Positions 37,701-50,828 of a stretch of DNA of 64,000 bases are shown piece by piece. How positions within the stretch are numbered: the stretch's first letter is position 1; the number at the start of each line of letters is the position of its first letter. Source of the DNA: Gnetum montanum (Eukaryota > Plantae > Gnetophyta). The notes under the pieces were generated by a model that saw nothing but the letters and a program-made list of their open reading frames with translations, was not told the DNA's origin and did no database searches. A program made the position numbers and the translations under genes. The stretch covers positions 393,049 through 457,048 of the forward strand of contig MNCI01001601.1 of assembly GCA_015680685.1 (NCBI GenBank), written 5' to 3'.

Positions 37701-40700
37701 TGTCAGCCCATCATGTAGGGAAACCTATGACGGTCTATTCTAGAAAGTAGGTTGCATGGCAGGAGATGATTGCTTTAACTCCGATGTCCGTGGTGGGAGT
37801 GTTTCCACCTAAGGTAGGTTCCAATCAAGATGTGGTGCTCGCCACAGAGCTAGACAGGGTCGTGGAGGATGCAGCGATAGAGGCTTAGGCCGAAGAGCAG
37901 TACGCCTAGGAGGCCCGATGAGAGGAGGCTCTCTAGTGGGCATAGGTTGACATGGAGTCTTGGTTTCGCGAACAGGAGCAAGAGTTGCTTAGGCAGTAGG
38001 CTCTGCTAGCATAGGGCTCCTAGGCTTGATTGGTGGATGAGCTCCACAACCAGGTTCAAGAAGGGGGGGTGGGTGCGGGGGTAGGGTAGCAGGAAGAGTT
38101 CACTTGGAGGGAAAGGGAGCAGACAGAGTGCATGCATCGTGTTCAAGAGCAAGAGCAGGAGATGTAGAGACAACGCTAGTTGGGTAGGGCACATGAGTAG
38201 AGCGCACAATAGTGGCTTGGTGAAGGGCAGTGCCCTTATGTCGTGTTGGGCATAAACTGTGATTGTTTGGGGGTGGCCCTAAGGCGGCACATTCGCCATA
38301 CCTCTGCACATTCCCATCCGAATGGTGGAGGGTTGGCTAGGGAGTAGGTTCGATGTGAGGTCACATTGCAGGATTTCTAGTAAGCTGCTAGTTTTGTGAG
38401 CTCTGAGCTGCATCGCAACACATTGGATATCCTGCATGCTCTTGAATGGCCGCACTACAAGTGTCATGCCCTGCCTAGGCAACTATAAAAGCTCTAGTGC
38501 TACTTGGGCCTCATCTACTTTTTGGTTTTGTTTCCCTTGGGTGTTGTTGTCTTTTGGTCAGGTTTCCTGTTGGGCCAGCTTTGCCTTCATTTGCACGATG
38601 TGTGTATCTTGTTTGTTGGGCATGGGCCCTTTTGTGTGTGTGTGTTTTTGGGGCGGTGGGGAGGGGGTGGGTTTGGGGGGGTGGTAAGCTGGGGAGTGCA
38701 ATAAGGTGTGGTCCCTTGGCAGACATATTTCATCAAAGTTCATCTAGGTTAGGTCTGGCATGGTTGCGTCGAGGTTGTGGGGGTTGTTTGAGTGGTGCCA
38801 TGGGTGCATTGTTTCCCCCTCTCTAAGGGTCCATCCAGCCATTTACTCGTGGCTTTAGTTTGTACATTTTTCATTTCAGTAATTTAATTCCGAACATTCT
38901 CTCCAAAAAACAATGTCAACTTGTCCACGGAAGTTGAAGATCTTAAACACACAAATTTTGCCCAGTTGATGGATAACAATGTGTTGCAAATTTGGGAAGG
39001 AAAACTTCAAAATTGTGTGCAGAACATATAGTCATTGATAGAGGATTTGCACAAGGAGATAGTGAAAAAAGATAGTAAATCATGGAACTGCAAGAAGAGA
39101 TGGCTAAGATAACTTTGAAAAGCTCACCATCTGGAAGAAACACTTAACCATGGGAAAGAACCCACAAATACCCCTCTTGAAGGCACCTGATGTTGCATCA
39201 GAAGGTCAAAATGTCATGAACAATGTTATTTTGGATGATATCAATGGGAATCCAATGCTAGATGGAGAGAACTCAAAAGAGGTCATGGAAGATAAAAGAA
39301 GCAGCATGAAGGACCATCCTTTGAAATGTTAGCCGCACCAATGCCAAAAAGAAAAAGACCAATCTTGAATAATTTGATAATTTTCCTATTCCCAAGTTTT
39401 AAGATTTGTATGATGATTCCAGCCCGACATCCTATGTACACGATATCATATCAATAAAATATCCTATTATGTGATAAGGTTACATGTTTTTGTGGCTTGT
39501 CACCATGAAGATGTGTACAATCTATCATTGTTCTTTCAAAATCACAATAAAGAAACCACTCACAAAGTTCTTGAAAAACAAATAAATAAACAAAACTATT
39601 GCTTAGAGTATGTTTATGAAATTAGTGTACATTCAGTAGTTTTGTGTGTGGGGAACCACAAGATACTAGAGGGACAAATGGAACCATTGCATTAGTTCAT
39701 GAATTACAAATACTGTGTTGTGGATGATGCTAATATATATACACATATAAGATATAAGAAAGGAAGAAGTAGAAAAAGATTGAATATTGAATGCAAAAAA
39801 TATATAATTTTAAGATGGATCCTTAACTATGGAGCTCACAAAGTGATGAGTGTCCAAGAAAGAATATAATACTAGAAGACATTAATGTACCCAAACTGTT
39901 AAAGTTTGGTGGCTAAAGTGTTATAAGGTCTAAGAAAACATAGATAAAAAATAAGATTATATCAAAAAGAAAGCATGCTCAGTTGGAGATAGATCCATCG
40001 AGAAATACACTATTCACGAATTGTCCTTATTCCTAAGATGGCATGTCCTTCCGAGCCATCACACTATAGGCTAATTGGTGTTTGCAATACTCTCCAATGT
40101 TTTTTTACCAAGATGCTCATTAGACGGCTGGCCCCTTTGATGCCTAAGCTGGTTTAGAATAACCAATCTGGTTTTGTGAAAGATCGCCTACTCCAAGATC
40201 AGGTCATTCTACTTCAAGAAATCCTTCACTCTTTGAGATTGACTCATTTCCTTGGCCTGTGTTTTAAACTCAAGATCATGAAGGCTTATGACATGGTGTC
40301 TTGGAAGGCGTTGGCTGATGTCATGCTGAGAAAATGTTTTAGCAAGGATTTTGTTAATTTATGCCTTTGCATTCAGTCTTTGGTGGGATATTCCATTGAC
40401 ATGGATGGGGTTCTCTAGGGTTTTTCTCCTTGCCCAGGCAAGGACTGAGGCAAGGTGATCCTCTGTCTTCGAGCATGTTCATTCTTGTGATGGATACTTT
40501 GTAGGATTATTGCAAAATGGAAGGGGTACAAGGTTTGGATGTTCATGGGGTGGAGTGCTTGGCTAGACACTATGTGGACAATACAATTATTTTTACACAT
40601 GCTTCAGTCCCACAAGCCAAGGCACTAGATAGAGCATTAATTTGATTGGCCGAGGAGGTGGGTCTCGAAGTTAACAGAGCTAAGTCTACCATTTATATAA

Positions 40701-43700
40701 CTCACAATGACGAAAGAGTTAAAGCTGGGATTATGTAGATCATGGGGGTTCTACCAGGGACTGAACAAGATATGTATCTTGGGTTCCCCATGTATGGATG
40801 GAACCGCTAGCAAAAGTGGATTAAATTGTTGTAGCGATTGCAGCAACAGATTGGCCACTGGACCAACTATTTCCTGATCCACAAAGGTAGAACATTGCTC
40901 GCTTCTGCAGTTTTATCACCTATTGCACCGTTCACGGCTTCTCTTGCCTCCCCTCCTCTTGACATTGGGAACAAAGTTAATCAACTAATCCATTGTTTTG
41001 TGTGGTCGGGTGGGAGAGGTGGATAGCAAATGCATTTGCTGGTGTGGGATACAGTTGCTAGGCCTAGAGTTGAGGGCAGGATGGGAATTTTCAAATTTTC
41101 CAACCTTGTTATGATGGAACAACAACAATTGATGCAGAGACTAACACAAAGTGGTTCAAACATCGCGCCATGGGTATGCCTCATGCGAAATAAATATCAG
41201 TAGTGGAAAAACACAATCCACTAAGGAGAAACACACACCCATCAAGGGGGAAAACCATAAATAGCAAATGGGACCCAACAAAAAAAAATAGATCTGACAA
41301 CAAACAACAAAGACCTGCTCAGTCATGATGAGACAATCAGGAACAAGCATACCTAGTCCTCACCTAGAAGTGGACCAGATCCAAAACCGCCCTTCGATGT
41401 TGGAAGGTCATAAAAGCTACTACCTCCTGAAAGTTCTTGAAGAGACCATCATTTGGAGTGATGGGAAGGTGCTTGTTTCTCAAGTCAACGACCTAGGTTC
41501 AAGCCTAGGTACAACTACTCAAAGAGGTTAGGCTTTTGCTCATCTACCAACCCTCCTGAGACCCCACTGAGTGAGATGAATACTATGCCTTCGAGTGATG
41601 ATCCTTTCTTTTATATTTTGGGCTTATACATTAGTGGTTCCTTTGTATCATGTGCATTTGGTATTTCATTCTTTTGTGATCATTTTTTTGATGCCTGCAC
41701 CCCATGCCCCCGCCCCTGCCATGCCCTCCACCACCCCCTCCNNNNNNNNNNNNNNNNNNNNNNNNNNNNNNNNNNNNNNNNNNNNNNNNNNNNNNNNNNN
41801 NNNNNNNNNGGCTACAAGGGCTTGGTTCTTGAAGATGCTTAATGGTGTTAGCCCCCACCATTTTATCTAACCACGGTGTTTTTCTTATGTGGGATACAAG
41901 ACATTGTAAGGTTGGAGGGACTTGGTGTATCACAAGTGGATGGGGTACTTGTTTTTTAAAAAAAAAACTATGCATATTGATGATTTTTGAAGTACACATG
42001 TTATATTTTGTTGAGCATTTTATGGTCAGTTTTTTTGAGGAGCTTTCAAGAGAGTTGTTATGTCCCAATTCATGCTTAAATGGTCCTTTGTTCAAGGATA
42101 AATTTCTCTTAATGTGAAAACATGAGAGGCTGAAAAAAAGTTTAATTATGAAGATTTCAAAGTTTGACACCATGTTAATCCATCATGGCATTCAAGCTTA
42201 GTACATATCAGATTTTGTTGTTTCCTTTCCTTTTCATTTAGCATAAGAACACATGAAATTTTCTGCTTGTCTGCTCCAAAAATCAGATTTCTAATTCTTT
42301 AACGATGACTGTTCATAGCATAGACGCTGTTACCTGTTTTATGGTTATTATTTACTGTTTACTGTTTTTCTGATGTCATAAAATAAGAATGATAATGATA
42401 AACAGCCACCTTTAGATATCTATTCCCTATGCTTTTTTCTTCTTCTTTTTCTTTTTCTATTTTTTTAATTTTTGGTAAAAAATATTAGAGACTGTATATC
42501 CTCTGTTTTAGCCTGAGAGTAAAAAGGACTTACTGTTATTAGTTTTTTTAATGGCTGGTCATTTATTTCCCAAGATTCTACCTTCCAATTAGAGATATTG
42601 CAGAGTCTGGAAATACCTTAGACTGAGGAAAAACCTTGTTAAATCCCAACTCCTATGAACTGTATTGATTATAATTTCAGATTTATTTCAGGCCCTCCTC
42701 CCCTCTCAGATTTGATTGCCAAATATTCAAGCCCTACTTTCAGACTTTGTTTGCCAAATTTAAGATGCTTGAAATTGGAGAAAAACATTGGTTGCTTTTT
42801 CCTTGGGAAGCAAACTTTTGTGGTGTAACTCTCTTTATTGTATGATGTGAGCTAGTTCTTATATGGCATTTAAAACATTCTTGAGATGCACAGTTACCTT
42901 CGTTTAACTGTGTGATGAGGATATTGGACTCTTGGAAGCTTGGAAGTTTCCTTAGAGTACGTCTTTTATTCTATAAAAAATGTTTTGTACATTTTGTCAT
43001 AATTAGATTTTCCCCTTTCCTTAGCAGGAAGCCCATCTTAGGGGTCGTTGCCTAGGTGTGGCTTTCTTTAGCTGTCGATTCACACCTATCTCCTTGGTTG
43101 TCGATATCCGAGTCTGTATGTTAATGCCAAATGAATGTATTCCCAAAGGTAAGTATGCTCATCCTATCCTAGTATGCTCCTCATTATTGAACTCTGTTAA
43201 TTGTCTTTGTTGATGGATGTGACCACCTATTCCTGCTTTCACATTGGTGAGTATCCGCTATCTGGACTAGAAGGCATACTATTGCAATGCAGTTGGAGGA
43301 AAGCCATACACGGACATAATTTTATGTATGTACTTTATGGCCATCACCATGAAATCTTATGAAGGGATAAAGGGCAACCATTAAGAAGTAGAAAATGCCT
43401 ATGGTAAAAAACCAGCAACACTAGGAGCAGGAAACAGACTGTTGAACTGCAACACTTAGGAGCAGGAAATATTTTGTTTCCTTAGGGCAAGAGATGATAG
43501 TCGAACAAGAAAAGTAGCACTGTTCAACAAGTGTCTACCTACTATTTAACTACTTACTACCTACTAAAACCCTTTGGGCCCTAGGTTAAGAAATTCACTT
43601 AAATTCATAGTTAGCAATTAGGTAGATAATGCATTTAATTGGTGTGCATTATGTGAAGCATGTAGTATTCCTAAGGATCACTAACTAATCATATTAATAA

Positions 43701-46700
43701 TAATATATTCATCTCTATACCTTGACTAAATAGGTTGCATTGTTTATTTATTTTGCATATACTCTACCTTAGATATGGACATGAAGACCACTATCCAACC
43801 CTACCCATACATATACTTACTTTGGCTTAATATCCTAAGCCATTCAAACCAAAGAGGTTGAGGTGCACAACTCCCGAAGGTTTTTGATGATGTAGGCGCC
43901 ATTCGTAAGTGTGTACCCACCTCACCTACAATCCCCTATCACTTATCTTAGGGATATATTGAGGTGTAGTCCAAAAAATGATGGTTGAGCCAAGCCTTAT
44001 TGGTGTAGTTTAGAATGCAAAAATAACCAGATTCTTCAAGTTAGATGGCCCTCAATGTGAGAATGCAACACCACATTGCATGGGTAAGTTGTTGAAACCT
44101 ATGCATTTCTGATTCCTAGCCATTGTTTGAAGTATATTAGAGATTAAATGATTTTGCTTGGTGAAAACATAATGGAGGATTAGAAGTACATCCAATTACA
44201 TTTGTTGGTGTTGCTTGTAAAATGAGACTTGAACAAATGTTTAATGTCTTCTATCGTCCTAAGTGATGGAAGGTGGTAGTCATCACCCTTGTCGATGCTA
44301 GTCTTTAAGGTATCATAGTAATGCTAAACATAGATGATATGCAATTGATGTATCAATCCTTAGGATTATGAGAAGTGCTAAGGTCTCATCTCATTAACAA
44401 CTTGTTAAGTCTAATGAGGAAAGAAGGTACATAGGCCCTGTAATCAACCCATCATTATATGAGTCACATCCTTATTTGTTGCTAGTGTAAGTATAGCCTC
44501 ATGTTTTAAGAGGATTGGAAAAAAAATTGTACTAAGTCTTAGAGGGTGGTTACTAGGGGTCCTACAATTCAAACTCATAAATATCCTAGCTAATTTCCAC
44601 AAGAGCTCCAAACACAACATTCATACCAACCCTTGATACTTAGCAAGAGGATGGCACCTAGGCAGTGAATACCATGGGCTAATCATCCCCAAAGACATCT
44701 GAAAATCCAAAGCATGACATAGTTTGGGCTCCAAGATGTATCCCAGACTATCAACCTAGAGCTAGAGGTTAAAGAACCTAATATCCAAGATATAGGACAA
44801 CAATAAAATAAGGATGACCTAGACTACCAACTGAAAGAAGAGGAAGACTATAACATGCAGCAAAAAAGAGTCTAACGCCAAACCAAATCCAATATCAGAA
44901 GTTGAATAACCAGGGGCCAGAAGTTGAATATGGTGTAGGAGTATATGCCACTAGCCCCAAAGACCACATTGACACCTAGGAACTGTGATTCAGAACCTCC
45001 AGGATGCTGTACCCTTGGGGGACTGGATCCCTCAGCCCTTGCCCCTACAGAAACATGATTCCCTGAACAAACATGTGTGCTTTGGCCCTATCCCTTCAAC
45101 CCAAACTAGAAGGCTCTTATTCTTGGATGTCCTTTCCAACTCCTTGGACCTGACCTTAACTCCCAATCACAAGCTCTCATACATATTAGACAATATGCTC
45201 CATCTGCTCCCGCTACCTCCTAGCACCTTAACAGATGCATCAGAAACAGTCCACCACGAAATGACCATAAGAATAATTAAAGATTAACTTTTAAAACCAA
45301 ACCAAAATTCACATGGCAATCCATATAAACTCAAAGTAAGTCATGGTTTAAAGCTGAGAGCATCACACCCAAAATAATAACAAAAGAAATAATCTCCTGG
45401 AATCTCTGGTATTTCACATATTTTTTAAAACAGCCATCTGATACACCCATCTGCCAAATTTCTCTTGGTATTGACTAAGTATTGCTTTTCAACATAAACT
45501 ATAAGCAACAAGCATCCAACAATAAAACAAAACTACAAAGACATGCATAGATAGCAAATTCAAAAAATAGTAAAAAATCAATGTTACCATGCTCGTAGCT
45601 AGATAATATTTTATATCAATAACATGTCAACAACTACCAATGCAAGATAATTGACAATTTCTTAAAAACTACACTTTCACTTTCTTCTTTGGCATAAAAC
45701 CAAACTAGCTTACAAAGTATAATGTTCAAACCACTAAGTCAGACTCCTGAACCAATTTGTAGAAGTATTAATAGCCATTGAACCAGGATGCATGAAAAGT
45801 GAATAAAAAATAACATTTATCTAACATCATACTTTTGGAGTTGATGAAGTAAAATTTTGCTGTCTGGATCGAAGTCCCCAATTTCCTCAAAAACTGTACC
45901 ATCTCCCACATCTCGGGCAGAAAAAGAACGCTGGATAGGAATGCTGCAGTCTCTGGCTAAAGTAGCATCCATCGCATCATTTGAAACTGTCGGATACACA
46001 GTATCTGAATCTGCATGCATGGTTTTCTTAAATGGGTATGAATATCTCATAATAAATGACTAATTGACAAAGCAGATACCTGTCTCTCTCGTTATGACTG
46101 GAATCTCAATCTTCACAAGATCAATTGGCCATCCAGATGAATTGTACATGTATTCCTTTTCATCACAATGCATCCTAAAGCTTTCTTTCTTTCCTCCATC
46201 AAAAAAAGATTTCCAGTAGATATGATCTCTGTAACAGTGCTCAGAGAAAGGCAACATCCAAAGAGACGCTCCAAATGAATTGCACATTAATCGAGCTGTT
46301 CCCTGTTTTGTCATGGAGTCATCTTCCTATTAGATAAGTTTGATCAACAAGAATGCCACAGCAATACCTGCTATCCCATGATTTGCACACTTAAGTAAAT
46401 TGATTCTACGACACCATGTTAGAAATAAATAAACTTCACAAAGAAATTATGAAAATTTATTATCAGTTCAAGTAAGTGCAAGCATTAGGAAATACTGAAA
46501 TACATATGAAAACAATTATATTTATAGTTATCCACCTATGCAACAGATTCTTTCTTTCTTCCTTACCAAACCTATAATATATTTTGTTAATTATTCAATT
46601 ATCTTCTTAATTGAATTTGCAGTTCCCTGCGATTGCAGAAGTGACTTAAACACTTTATATCCTATGTTATGCTGTCATATATAATGATATTAAATAACTA

Positions 46701-49700
46701 GAATTGAATTTGTTTTTGAAGCTTCTATACTTTTTTTTTTAAGTAAAGTTCGGGATATATAACTCAAAAAAAGGATCTATATACAATCAAGAATTCATGT
46801 CCTTGAAACCCCACTCAAACCATGATGAGTGTGCCCAGGACCAAGCCCCATCCCCCAAATACCACACCACCCCCCACACCAACCCACCCTCCCCACCAAC
46901 CAACCCCCTTACAACAACAAAACCAACAATCCCTAAACTAAATCCCAACCAACTCCAATGAGCACCACACAAAGGAACAAAAAACCCAACCCACAAAACC
47001 CCAAAGCCCCAAAACTCTCACAACGACAACCCCAAACAACTCACATGTCAATCTTGCTTCCCAGAGCTGGCCCTAGCCTCCCCTGCATCATCTCAAACCA
47101 CCACCACCTCCAAAGCCAACTCTTCTTGCATCTTCTCCCTCACCTCTTCCTCCAACTTGTACTGCAACTCCTGCCTAAAAGTTACCCCCTACCTTGGCTT
47201 GTTCTGCTGCTGCAAATCCACCCTTTGGTGCTTTGCCAGATCAACATCCCGTCAGAGAGCCACCTCCCTTGCCAGCTAGTGCGCCTCCTAGATCGCCCTC
47301 TCTTCAGCCCTCGCCTTCTCAGTTGCCTCCCCACTCACACGAGCAATCAACACTTTGATCTCTTGCATAGTAGCGGACACCAAAGGACCCCTTGCCTCCT
47401 ACTCCACCCTAGATGAGCTCAGCCCTGCTTTTGTCTTCGATCCAGTACCCTCCTACCTCTCATCCACTGCCGACGGCATCTTGTCCCCCATGGCACATCA
47501 CACTCGCCTCCTAACATAGACCAGCAACAACAACCTCTACACCTTCAGCAACACCAGTGTCCCTGCTCTCAACAATGCCAAAATCAACCAAGGATGTTGT
47601 CCCAACCGTTTACGCCGTAAGCAATCCAACAGAAACTATGGCATATTCACCCTCAGACCATGCTTTAGACACTGCATCAGTGCAAAATGCACTCCTAGCA
47701 GCTTATGCAAGCACCCAGACCAGACCAAAACACAATTAATCATCACTACCACGGCCTGCCAAAGAAATGGTAGTGCCGACTTCCTCACATGCCTACTGGC
47801 CATCCTAGGCACCCTACCCCTAAAAAATTCCATGGCATACCTCTGGTTGTTTAACATCGGTGGAATAACCTCACCCTTTGATGACATCCCAATTACCTCT
47901 ATGATGGCCGACTCTGTCAAAAAATTTCTCCTCCTGTGAAATAGCATTTTTGCCCCATCTGATTGGCGAAGAAAGTTTGATCTACCACCTCTGGCTCCCC
48001 TTCGATCCTTTGCAGCATTTTTGCCCACCCTACTCGTTTGACAAGTCTCCAGAAATTGGTGTTCTCCCTAAACTTTTTGACAGCCAACTCATGCCACTGC
48101 GCCTATCCCATATTATTTGATGCTTCCTCCCATAAATTCAGCCCAGTCTTGGCAATCTCCGTTAGTAGCCACAACCATGTTCCCCGGAAAATCAAGTTAT
48201 TCCAACCCTTCCACCTACCCACAAAACTGCCAACTCCTTGGAATCTCTGCACAGCCGAATTGGTGGCGCCAACCCAACATCCCCCCCAATTGCCTAAATG
48301 TAAGGACAAGCATACAAGAAGTATTCTAATGTTTCTCAATCCCCCTCACATACTAGGCAAATTGGGTTAACATTTATTTTCCACTCTCATAGCAACCCCC
48401 ACACCAGCAACGCTTCATGGGAAATTAAGCCACACGAAAGCCTTGATCTTTTTGGGCAACCTCCCTTGCCAAACATTCTTCCATCTCTCAACTGGCAGAT
48501 GCAATTCCCTAGTAACCTCCTCCGGCGCACAACCCAGAAGACCCTTCTCAACCATCTCTTAAGCATGCTTGCAGATGTTTTACCAAAGTCGTGACCCTCC
48601 CACATCCACCTCCCATCTCCTATATTTCTACCTTGGTATCCTGATCCATTGTGCCTACCCCTCCCCCTTTTCAATCAGTCTATTCGTCAACCTCTGCAAG
48701 CCCAACTTGATCTCATCTTTGAAGGGCAATATACCAATGCCCCCAACATTCCTTGGTCTCGCAGTATTTTCCTAGCAAACCAAGTGGAGTTTTTGGCCAC
48801 CCTTTCCCCTAGACCAGATGAATCTTTGAATAATTTGGTCAATCTTCGAGATGGCCCCAGTTGGCAAAACGACCATGGAGGCTGTGAACCTTGCCACAGC
48901 CATAAGAACAATAGACGCCAATAGCATCTTACCCTTTCACGACAGAAACGGATTAACTCAATGCTTAGTCCTTTGTTGCGGTCTTTGAATCAGCACTGTC
49001 TAGGTCTTTTGACGGTGCCATTCAAAAATGGAAATTCCCAAATAAGAATCTTGAGGAAGTCCCAGCAAAATTCCTAGCACTTGAGAGCCTTCTACATACC
49101 TCCACCATTGTATTGATCATATGCAAAGCTAACTTTGTTTTATTTATCTCCAGCCCCACTTCTTGTCCCAAGTGCACCAACGCCCTTTGTAATGCCACTA
49201 CCTAAGGCACAACAACTCATGAAACAGAATATAGTATCATCAACGTGGTGTTGGACAAGACAGTGCACTACTGCGATCTGCACACCTCCCATCCCCTCAA
49301 CAACATAGTAGTGTTGCAATGAGTCCATATTAAAATGCACAAGAGTGGGGAGAGGGAATCTCCTTGCCGTAAGCCCCTTCTTGGTGTATGGAACCCCCAA
49401 AATCTACCGTCGATGTTGAAGGAATATTTGCCTGAACTTTGTAAATGTCTACAAATTTTAACAAATTTGGGACTGAACCCTTTATGAATCATTACCTCCT
49501 CCATGGCCTCCTAGCTCATGGTGTCGTAAGCTTTTGTGATGTCCAATTTGACGCACATCAAGGGAAGCCATTGCATTTGAACAAGTGCAGAATCTCCTGC
49601 ATCAGAAGCACCTAATCCTAAAGATACCTACCCACCACGAACCCAACCTAGTTCTCACCCACCAGCTTCGACATCAAAGGGGAAAGCCGATGCATGATCA

Positions 49701-50781
49701 TCTTAGTAAAGAGCCGCAAAAGGGTGTTACAAACCCCAATCGGCCTAAAATGCATCGGAGATGATGGAGAAGGCACCTTCGGTATAAGGACAATCCTTGA
49801 ACAATTAATTTCCTTGCGCACTTGCTACCACCGCCACATGCTATTAAACACAACAAGCAAGTTTTCCCCAAGGATATCCGCAAACTCCCGAAGAAACGCT
49901 ATAGGCCACCCATCCGACCTCAACACCTTATTGGCTTTCATCGATTTCATGGCCGCGTCCAGCTCCTACCTAGAAAAAGGCCTCAACAATGCCTGATTCT
50001 CAACCTCCCCTGGCACTTTTTGAATTGGGATTGAAATTTTCCTCGTATCTCCTCGCTATCAAATGGCCACCCAGTACTGTTACACCTCCTCCACCACTTT
50101 CTTGGCATCCCCCACCGATTCCCCCTCTAGCGCTAGATGCAACTTTTGCTTGAATTACCTGTTCCCCTTCACCATAGCAAAGAAAAAACACGTGTTGCAG
50201 TCTCCCTCTCTTAGCCAATTGATCCGCGCTCATTGGCGCCAGTAACTCTCCTCTTCTAATGTTAACTCTCCTACAACACTTCATTCTCCTCATTAACCAA
50301 TCAACCCCCCTCTCTTGTCTTGTTTGAATCTCCCGCAGTCTGGCCTATAGCTGCGTATGGTAGGCTCTGAAGCTGTATCTGTCCTTAAATGCCCTAGCCC
50401 GAATTCGTAGTTTGAGCATTTGCAAACCCTATTTTAGGAATTCTCTGGGGTCTTGATCATGCGAAAATTCCTACCAGATGTCCTAAACCAACGACCTTAA
50501 CCATGCCTTCCCCAGCCATGTACGCTCAAAACAAAAAGGCCTAGGAGACAACCCCTGCAGATTTCCAACCTAACAAATAAGCAATCGATGATCTGATGCC
50601 TACCTTTGCCTCCCCATCATCTAAATATCGAGCTCCAAAACCATCCTCGTACTAACCCACACCTAGTAAATCTATGACTAGACCCAATCTTTCCCCTTCC
50701 TCCTGTTACTCCACATGAATTGATAGCCTACTATCTCCATGTCCACCAAATCATGGTCTTTCAGAAACTAAGTGCATTGTG

Positions 50782-50828
<47 letters not shown>

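Noticed and set aside
46958-47416. Leu/Pro-rich 152-aa ORF and similar ORFs (58257-58760, 62478-62936, 16956-17342)
   Set aside because: Antisense shadows of purine-rich L1 sequence, with no motif shared between copies.
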